This document shows, piece by piece, positions 57,217 to 64,000 of a DNA stretch of 64,000 nt. The first letter of the stretch is position 1; every line of letters begins with the position of its first letter. The notes under the pieces are model-generated. The model worked only from the letters and a program-made list of their open reading frames with translations, did no database searches and had not been told where the DNA came from. The stretch lies in NCBI GenBank assembly GCA_038231455.1, contig JBBRLI010000001.1, positions 32,001-96,000 of the forward strand. The letters run 5' to 3'. Origin of the DNA: Vulcanimicrobiales bacterium. GTDB lineage: Bacteria > Vulcanimicrobiota > Vulcanimicrobiia > Vulcanimicrobiales > Vulcanimicrobiaceae. Made by a program: the position numbers and the translations under genes.

Positions 57217-59262
57217 CTACCAGATCTCGCAACGGTTCGCACGAACCATCGCCGAGGTCGCCGGGCAGGCAAATGCACGAGCGAACGGCGGGAAGTTCGA
57301 GAGCGTACCGATCACGCGCCACTTCCCGAGCGGATGCGGATCGATCGTAGCAAGTGTCTGTGCGAACTCCGGCCGGATATTATTCGCCCATACTTGACCG
57401 TACGCAAGGAAGAATCGCTGTTCGGGCGTGTACCCGTCGATCTTCTTGTGCGCTTTATACTGGGCGGTCTTTTGAAACGCCTGATAGGCGATCGTGATAC
57501 CGCCGAGGTCAGCAATTGCTTCGCCCTGTTGCAGTTTGCCATTGCCTTTGGTGCCCGGCACGACATCAAAAGCGCTAAACTCGTCGACGATGCATTTCGC
57601 GCGCGCATCGAAAGCCGCGCTATCGGTCGGAGTCCACCAATCGACTTGGTTTCCATTCGCGTCGAACTTGCGACCCGAATCATCGAAGCCGTGCGTCATC
57701 TCGTGGCCGATCACGGCACCGATGGCACCGTAGTTCACCGCATCGTCGGCAAGCGGACTAAAAAACGGTGGCCGTAAGATCCCCGCTGGGAATGAGATGT
57801 CGTTGTATGAGGAACGATAGTACGCGTTGACCGTCGGCGGCGACATGTTCCACGTAGTACGATCCGTGGGCTTTCCGATGTGCGACTCTTGATAGGCGCT
57901 TTCGAATTCCGCCGAGGCGACTTGATTCGCTACGTAGGAGCTATCGCTAATCACGAGCTTCGAATAATCGCGAAACCGATCGGGATAGCCGATTTTCTTC
58001 CCAAAGGAGTCGAGCTTCTTTCCCGCATAGGTCTTGGTCTCGGGTGCCATCCACGCGAGTTTCGGAATGTCTTCGCGAAGGACGCTCTGCAGATTCTCAA
58101 CGAGCGCAATCGCGCGCGCTTTCGAGGCGGGCGGGAAATACGTCTTCACGTAGACCGCGCCGAGCGCCTCGCCCAAACTTCCGTCGGTTGCCTGTACGCA
58201 GCGCTTCCAACGCGGCAGCTGCTCGGTGGTGCCGAATATGACGGTAGTCGCTTTGAATTTGGCATCGACGTAACGCTTCGGCAGCGCATCAGCGTATGCA
58301 CTCACGAGAAACATGGAGAAGTACGATTTCCAAACGGGCAGCGGCGTCGCGGCCAACGCCTGATCGTAGGCAGTGAGCGACTCGGGGAGCGGAACGTTGA
58401 ATTTCGTCTCCGGCGTGCTGAGGAAGCGGCCGATATAGGTGGCCCATGCAACATGCGGTGCGATCTGCGAGAGATCGGCTAGCGTCATCGGGTGATACGT
58501 GCGCGCAGGGTCGCGGAGTTCTGCGCGCGGCGGGCGCGCTTTTGCAAACACCGTTTCGAGCGCAATCACGGCTTGGGCGTCGCTCTGCGCCTGGGCATCA
58601 GGGACGCCCCGGAACGTTTCAAGCGACGCAAGATACGTCGTGAAGGCGGCGCGCACGGCTTTTGTGCGCTCGTCGTCTTTCAGGTAAAAATCGCGATCTT
58701 GCATCCCAAGGGGCGCGGGGCTCACGGAGAGGATCGTTCTACTCGAATCTTTGCGATCGGGGGCCGGGCCGATGCCCCAGCCGGCGGACGCCGAAAGCTC
58801 GTCAAGACGAAGCGCTTCGGCATTGATATCCGCCGTTGAAGACATCGCATCGATGCGCGCGAGTTCCGGCTTGAGTGCTGTCGTATCGGTCGCTTCGATT
58901 GCGGCCTCGTTCATACACGCGCGATAGAACGACCCGATCTTCTGCTCGTTGCTTCCCGCCGGTGCCGTCGTATGTGCGGCCGACGTTTCGAGAATCGCAT
59001 GGAGCGCATCTTCGTTCTGCGCCTGGAGGATCTCGAAGTTGCCCCAACTCGGGTAGGCTGCGGGGATGGGATGGGTCTTCGACCAGTTGCCGGTTGCAAA
59101 TTGGTTAAAATCATCGCACGCTTTGCACGTGTGGTCGATATTGGCAAGATCGAGACCCGGCTTGATTGACGGCGTCGAACTGCCGGTCGCCGAGAAGCCA
59201 GCCGTGATGGTGAGCGAGGCCATGGCGATGACCGCAGCGGCACGGACCAGAAGACGAAGCAT
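57217..59262 (-). CDS. M13 family zinc metallopeptidase (neprilysin/PepO-like), secreted
   Basis: GGAGG SD; signal peptide; VNAYY, HEMTHGFD and GEAIAD motifs. Confidence 0.92.
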   Translation of the reverse strand: MLRLLVRAAAVIAMASLTITAGFSATGSSTPSIKPGLDLANIDHTCKACDDFNQFATGNWSKTHPIPAAYPSWGNFEILQAQNEDALHAILETSAAHTTAPAGSNEQKIGSFYRACMNEAAIEATDTTALKPELARIDAMSSTADINAEALRLDELSASAGWGIGPAPDRKDSSRTILSVSPAPLGMQDRDFYLKDDERTKAVRAAFTTYLASLETFRGVPDAQAQSDAQAVIALETVFAKARPPRAELRDPARTYHPMTLADLSQIAPHVAWATYIGRFLSTPETKFNVPLPESLTAYDQALAATPLPVWKSYFSMFLVSAYADALPKRYVDAKFKATTVIFGTTEQLPRWKRCVQATDGSLGEALGAVYVKTYFPPASKARAIALVENLQSVLREDIPKLAWMAPETKTYAGKKLDSFGKKIGYPDRFRDYSKLVISDSSYVANQVASAEFESAYQESHIGKPTDRTTWNMSPPTVNAYYRSSYNDISFPAGILRPPFFSPLADDAVNYGAIGAVIGHEMTHGFDDSGRKFDANGNQVDWWTPTDSAAFDARAKCIVDEFSAFDVVPGTKGNGKLQQGEAIADLGGITIAYQAFQKTAQYKAHKKIDGYTPEQRFFLAYGQVWANNIRPEFAQTLATIDPHPLGKWRVIGTLSNFPPFARAFACPATSAMVRANRCEIW

Positions 59263-59398
59263 GGATCCTCCGAATAAAACGTTGCTAATCAGCATTTTAG
59301 ACGGTCGTAAACGATGCCCTCGCTCGCGCAGATGCGGCATGCTCGTCGAGCGCCGCCTAAGCGAACGCGCCGTCGAGGCGAGCTAGGGGCGGTCTTCG

Positions 59399-60307
59399 TT
59401 AGTGCCTCCGGATGGTCGCGCGCATGACGTGCCGGTCGGCGATCGAAAAGTAGAGCTGGATCCGATCGTTCTGCACGATTGCTGAGGCGGCAAATGCGAT
59501 ATCCGTATCCTCGGCAAAGCGGCGTTCTCCAGGAATCACAATCGGGTGTTCGCATCGCGCCAAAACGCGTGTGAACATACGGTCGAACACAACCCATCCA
59601 ATTCGCCATTCGGCCGCGCGCGTCGCACCGTTGTAGAACATGACCGGAAGCGTGTCGGGACCGGCAATGATCGGGCCGGTGCTCAGGTGCCAGTTATCCC
59701 AGCCATCCCGGGCGGAGAAGAGCGGCGGCTGGACGGTCCACGGGCCTCCAACGTGCGCGGAAGCCGCGATCCCAATTTTGGAACGGCCTTCATGAGCATA
59801 TTCAAAAAAGAGACGCCAACTGCCGTCCTCGGCGCGCACGATCTCCGCTTCCTTCGGATTTTGTTCGGTCGCGGTCGACGCGAAAGCAATTCCGCGCTTT
59901 TCGAGTTCCTCAAGCGTCGGACCAGATGCGAGCAACAACTCGCCGCGTTTGAGGTGCTCGTTCCAGCCGCTGTAGTAGACGTAGTACTTGCCGCTCGAAT
60001 AAGCGACGGTGGGATCCTCACAACCGCCGCTATCATAGGAACCCGGAACGTCTTGCCCCGGTGGAATAACGGGAACGACCCCAAGGGCAAAATTCAAACC
60101 GTCCAGTGAAAGGCCGCGGTGAATACGCGCAACTTTTTCCGAAGCGTTATCGGAGTAGTTTACGACGCGTAAAAGCAACTCGTAATGGTCTTTTTCGTAC
60201 CAGATAAACGGGCTGAGCTTGTACATATCACGCAACTCGGGCGAGCACGCGTAACCCACTTCGTGCAGCGCCTCAAGGCTGAAGTCGTGTGTATTCTCCA
60301 TTACCAC
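59399..60307 (-). CDS. GH130-like beta-propeller glycosidase/phosphorylase
   Basis: GCEDP, NPKE, YNGA..WRIG and YFSIAD motifs. Confidence 0.7.
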   Translation of the reverse strand: MVMENTHDFSLEALHEVGYACSPELRDMYKLSPFIWYEKDHYELLLRVVNYSDNASEKVARIHRGLSLDGLNFALGVVPVIPPGQDVPGSYDSGGCEDPTVAYSSGKYYVYYSGWNEHLKRGELLLASGPTLEELEKRGIAFASTATEQNPKEAEIVRAEDGSWRLFFEYAHEGRSKIGIAASAHVGGPWTVQPPLFSARDGWDNWHLSTGPIIAGPDTLPVMFYNGATRAAEWRIGWVVFDRMFTRVLARCEHPIVIPGERRFAEDTDIAFAASAIVQNDRIQLYFSIADRHVMRATIRRH

Positions 60308-60363
60308 ATAGCCTACCCAAGACGCGAGGGCTTCGCCGTATTGGCGCTTACAAATCCGCCTTC

Positions 60364-60666
60364 TTAGAGAAGCTTTGCGAAGGATTCACCGAGGCGGCGC
60401 ATCTCGACCTCGTCGATGCCGCCGTCTTCTGCCCGCACGCACTGGGTGATGCTACTGACCATCAACTGCACCATCGCGCGTTCAAGCGCGCCGCGCGCTG
60501 CGGACATCTGTTGCACGATGTCGTGACAGTCAGCCCGCTCATCGATCATGCGATGGATCGCGCGCACCTGACCTTCGAGGCGCCGTAGTCGAGCCTGGAG
60601 CGCACTTGTCTCAGCGGGCGCGAGCTTGAGTTCACGACGAGTGACCGCTTTCGTCTTGGCTGGCAT
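60364..60666 (-). CDS. CsoR/RcnR-family repressor, CstR-like (two Cys, no His ligand)
   Basis: RLRRLEGQVRAI..MI...DC.DIVQQMSA...SSITQC. Confidence 0.88.
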   Translation of the reverse strand: MPAKTKAVTRRELKLAPAETSALQARLRRLEGQVRAIHRMIDERADCHDIVQQMSAARGALERAMVQLMVSSITQCVRAEDGGIDEVEMRRLGESFAKLL

Positions 60667-60673
60667 GCTACAT

Positions 60674-60724
60674 ATTATACCCTAGGGAGTACCCTTGCAT
60701 ATACCCCCAGGGGTATGGCATACT
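60674..60724. promoter_or_regulatory. Divergent promoters with tandem CsoR-family G/C-tract operators
   Basis: ATACCCTAGGGAGTAC (60677-60692) and ATACCCCCAGGGGTAT (60701-60716); TTGCAT...TGnCATACT on +; TATAAT on -. Confidence 0.8.
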
Positions 60725-60730
60725 GATGTC

Positions 60731-63700
60731 ATGGCCGGTTCCTCGCCCGTCGCACGACTGGTGCGCACATTCCTCGATTCGAAGCTCACCGTGTTGCTCA
60801 TCGCTGCGAGCACCTTGTTCGGCATTGGCGCGCTGCTCGCGACGCCGCGTGAAGAGAATCCGCGCATCACGGTACCAACCGCAATCGTCTCGACCGACGC
60901 TACGGGCCGATCGCGCGACGAAATTGCGCGCCTAGTAACCTTGCCGCTCGAGCGGCTAATCGGCCAAATCGCGAACATCGATCACGTCTACACTTCATCG
61001 AGCGACGGGAATTCAACGATCACGATCCGCTACAAAGTCGGCACCGATACAAATCAAGCATACGTGGACCTCTACACGCGTCTACTCGGAAACCGCGCGA
61101 TCTTGCCAACGGACGCGGCGGCACCGGTCGTCAGCCGACTCGACATTGACGATGTGCCGATCGCCGTCCTCACGCTTTCATCACACGTATCCTCCGATGC
61201 GGCTCTCCGGGCAGCTGCTTACCGACTAAGCGATGCTCTCGATCCGATCGCGGGAATCGGTTCGCTCACACTTTACGGCGGCCGCTTGCCAGCCGTTAAC
61301 GTCGTACTCGATCCGCGAAAAATGCAGGGTTACGGCGTCGGCTTCGGCAGCATCGAAACCGCGCTTTCGGATGTCGGCGAACGCGATGCAGGCTATACCT
61401 CAAACGGTCGTTCCCGCGAATCAATTCGCGCCGGCAGCCCATTTTATGACGCCGGCGATATCGCGCGGGCGACCGTGGGCGTGCGCGACGGAACAAGCAT
61501 CGCGCTCGGCGAGATCGCCATTGTCACGCGCGGCTACGAACGGCGCGAGTCGTACTCATGGTACTCACAGCGGGGCGAAGCGTCCGACGCTGCAGCGGTG
61601 AGCATCGCAATCGCGAAACGAAGCGACGCCAACGCCGTAGCCGTCGCGGATGCCGTCCTCGCCGCTTCATCGAACGTAACGTTGCCCTCCGACATGCAGC
61701 TTGACGTCACGCGCAACGACGGCGCAAAAGCAAATGACGCCGTGAACGAACTCTTGCAGCGGCTGATCGAAGCAATCGCGATCGTGTCCGTGCTTTTATT
61801 CTTCACGCTCGGATGGCGTGAGGCAGCGATCGTTGCACTCGCCATCCCGATCACGCTCTTCATCACGCTTGGCACCGGGATGCTCTTGCATCAGTCGATC
61901 AACCGCATCACGCTCTTCGCATTGATTCTCTCACTTGGACTCTTGGTCGACGATGCGATCGTGGTGATCGAGAACATCCATCGCCGCTCCGCGACGGCGA
62001 CGTCCGATCTGCGCGCTGCGATCGTCGATGCCGTCGAGGAGGTCGGCATGCCGACGATCCTCGCGACCCTGACCGTCATTTTCGCATTCATTCCAATGGC
62101 GTTTGTAACGGGCCTGATGGGTCCGTACATGCGGCCGATCCCGATCAACGTGCCGATCGCGATGCTCGCGTCGCTCGGCGTCGCGTTCATCGTCACGCCA
62201 TGGGCCGCAAAACGTTTCCTGCGCCCCAAACCGCACGATGCACCGCGGCCCGAACCGTGGCTCATCCGCCGCTATCGCGCGCTATTAGCCGCATTGCTCG
62301 ATAACCGCCAGAACCGCCGCACGTTCTCGACGGTACTCGTCGTCGCGATGATGATCGCGTTCGCGCTGCCGGTAGCCGGCATCGTCAAATTCCGGATGCT
62401 GCCCGCCCAAAACGAGAAGACCGTCGTCGTCGCGATTGACGAACCGATCGGCACCGATCTCGAACGCACGCGCGCCGCAACGCTCGCGGTTGAACGCGAA
62501 TTGCTCGCCGATGCGAGCGTTCACGACGTGGAGTCCTTCGTCGGCCGACACTCGGTACCGGACTTCAACGGCGTGCTCCGCGGCTCGCTGTTCCGCGATG
62601 CCGCCTGGTACGCCGATTTGCGCGTGAATCTTGTGCCGCCGGGCGCGCGCAGTCGGTCAAGCGAGGAAATCGTACGCGATCTGCGGCCACGCCTCGCGCT
62701 TGCTTCGGTGCCGTTCGCCGCGGCCGTGCGCATCGTCGAAGAACCCCCGGGGCCGCCAGTACGCGCCACAATTCTTGGCGTCATCGAAGGGCCGGATCCT
62801 ACCGTGCGCGCCGGAATCGCGCGGGCACTCGCAACGCGACTGCGCGATGAACCCGGTGTCGTCGACGTCGATACGAGCGATAAAGCGCAGCCGCAACGCA
62901 CGCGCGTGCTCGTCGATTTGCGCCGCGCGGCGCTCAGCGGCGTTACCCCAAGCGTTGCAACCGATGAAATCGCCGCGGCGTTCGGCGGCATCGCAGCGAC
63001 ATCCATCCGCGAGCCGCAAACACGCGACGCGATCCCCGTCATCTTGCAGTATCCGGCCAGTTTTCGCACGTCATCGTCGGCACTCGAACATGCGATGATT
63101 CCCAGTAGAACGGCAGGCGCCGTTCCCCTCGGGAGCATCGCGACCACCACGCGCGAATCGACGCCGCCTGCACTCCAACGCGAAGACGGCATCGACGTCT
63201 CGTACGCGACGGGCGAAATGGCGGGTCGCAGTTCGACGTACGCGGTGATCGATCAATTGATTCGGCTCGCGCGCTTGCCGCTTGCACCTCCGGCATATCG
63301 CATTCGCTGGGACGGCGAATGGCAGCTCACGCTTGACGTGTTCCGTGATCTTGGCGCAGCGATGGGCGTTGCAATCCTGCTGATCTACCTCGTGCTCGTC
63401 GCGCGCTTCGGTTCGCTGCGCACGCCGCTTGTGATCCTCAGCGCAATTCCGCTCGGTCTGCTCGGGGTCTTACCGGGCTTCGCGCTTCTCGCTCCCGCCG
63501 GCGTGTACTTTAGTGCCACCGCGATGATCGGTGTGATCGCGCTCTCGGGTATCGTGGTGCGCAATTCGATCGTACTCATCGAATTCGTTGAAGAACGTCT
63601 AGCCAGCGGCGCGGCGCTGCGCACGGCGCTCATCGATGCCGGAACGATCCGTGCGCGGCCAATCGTCTTGACTGCGGCCGCGGGCATGCTCTCATCGATC

Positions 63701-63880
63701 GTCATCGCGGCCGATCCGGTATGGAGCGGCCTTGCCTGGGCGCTTGTCTTCGGCATGGGCACAAGCGCCGTTCTCTCGCTCTTCGTCATCCCAATGCTCT
63801 ACGCGGGGAAGGCAGCGCAAGCCATCGTGCCCGCACCGTCACCGCACGAATCGCTTCGTGCAGAAAAACTAGGAGTCTAA
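60731..63880 (+). CDS. RND efflux permease (AcrB/CzcA superfamily)
   Basis: PREENP, GLLVDDAIVVIENI, GIVVRNSIVL and RARPIVLT motifs. Confidence 0.92.
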   Translation: MAGSSPVARLVRTFLDSKLTVLLIAASTLFGIGALLATPREENPRITVPTAIVSTDATGRSRDEIARLVTLPLERLIGQIANIDHVYTSSSDGNSTITIRYKVGTDTNQAYVDLYTRLLGNRAILPTDAAAPVVSRLDIDDVPIAVLTLSSHVSSDAALRAAAYRLSDALDPIAGIGSLTLYGGRLPAVNVVLDPRKMQGYGVGFGSIETALSDVGERDAGYTSNGRSRESIRAGSPFYDAGDIARATVGVRDGTSIALGEIAIVTRGYERRESYSWYSQRGEASDAAAVSIAIAKRSDANAVAVADAVLAASSNVTLPSDMQLDVTRNDGAKANDAVNELLQRLIEAIAIVSVLLFFTLGWREAAIVALAIPITLFITLGTGMLLHQSINRITLFALILSLGLLVDDAIVVIENIHRRSATATSDLRAAIVDAVEEVGMPTILATLTVIFAFIPMAFVTGLMGPYMRPIPINVPIAMLASLGVAFIVTPWAAKRFLRPKPHDAPRPEPWLIRRYRALLAALLDNRQNRRTFSTVLVVAMMIAFALPVAGIVKFRMLPAQNEKTVVVAIDEPIGTDLERTRAATLAVERELLADASVHDVESFVGRHSVPDFNGVLRGSLFRDAAWYADLRVNLVPPGARSRSSEEIVRDLRPRLALASVPFAAAVRIVEEPPGPPVRATILGVIEGPDPTVRAGIARALATRLRDEPGVVDVDTSDKAQPQRTRVLVDLRRAALSGVTPSVATDEIAAAFGGIAATSIREPQTRDAIPVILQYPASFRTSSSALEHAMIPSRTAGAVPLGSIATTTRESTPPALQREDGIDVSYATGEMAGRSSTYAVIDQLIRLARLPLAPPAYRIRWDGEWQLTLDVFRDLGAAMGVAILLIYLVLVARFGSLRTPLVILSAIPLGLLGVLPGFALLAPAGVYFSATAMIGVIALSGIVVRNSIVLIEFVEERLASGAALRTALIDAGTIRARPIVLTAAAGMLSSIVIAADPVWSGLAWALVFGMGTSAVLSLFVIPMLYAGKAAQAIVPAPSPHESLRAEKLGV

Positions 63881-63881
63881 C

Positions 63882-64000
63882 ATGGCCTTCGCATACTTCA
63901 TGGCCGGCTCGGTCGGTCGTATCATCCGCTTCACCCTGGGTATCGGACTCATCGTCTTCGGCCTGAGCTTACAAAACGGCATTGGCGTCGGACTCGCGAT
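63882..64000 (+). CDS. DUF2892/YgaP-like membrane protein, truncated by the window end
   Basis: AGGAG SD; MAFAYFMAGSVGRIIRFTLGIGLI matches the FM...GR..R...G pattern. Confidence 0.6.
   Translation, partial: MAFAYFMAGSVGRIIRFTLGIGLIVFGLSLQNGIGVGLA

Overview
A 64-kb, GC-rich, gene-dense bacterial chromosomal window with no rRNA, tRNA, CRISPR array or recognisable mobile element. The host is tentatively a diderm soil bacterium such as Eremiobacterota/Vulcanimicrobiota; this is an inference from the Pro/Thr-linker lipoproteins, secretin and flagellin. In order, the window contains: secreted DUF1996 and CBM6-GH64 glucanase genes; a Tat-signal ThDP enzyme paired with a dihaem cytochrome c; an S8 protease-secretin-cupredoxin-like-DUF1800/DUF1501 envelope cluster; a complete pobA plus protocatechuate 4,5-cleavage (lig) cluster with an ABC transporter; a SUV3-like helicase; a soluble chemoreceptor with two signalling domains; peptide-scavenging genes; a TelA-containing gene run; an orphan flagellin; and a CsoR/CstR-family regulator divergent from RND and DUF2892 genes. 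The top finding is a hidden gene at 49015..49425 (-). It is a DUF442/rhodanese-like protein whose catalytic Cys position is an in-frame TGA (H-U-A-G-A-T-R), followed by an fdhF-like SECIS hairpin, so it is a candidate selenoprotein heading the TelA run. Other hidden features are a CTG-start secretin, a frameshifted esterase and an internally deleted DUF1348 relic. All family assignments come from motif recognition by eye, not database searches.
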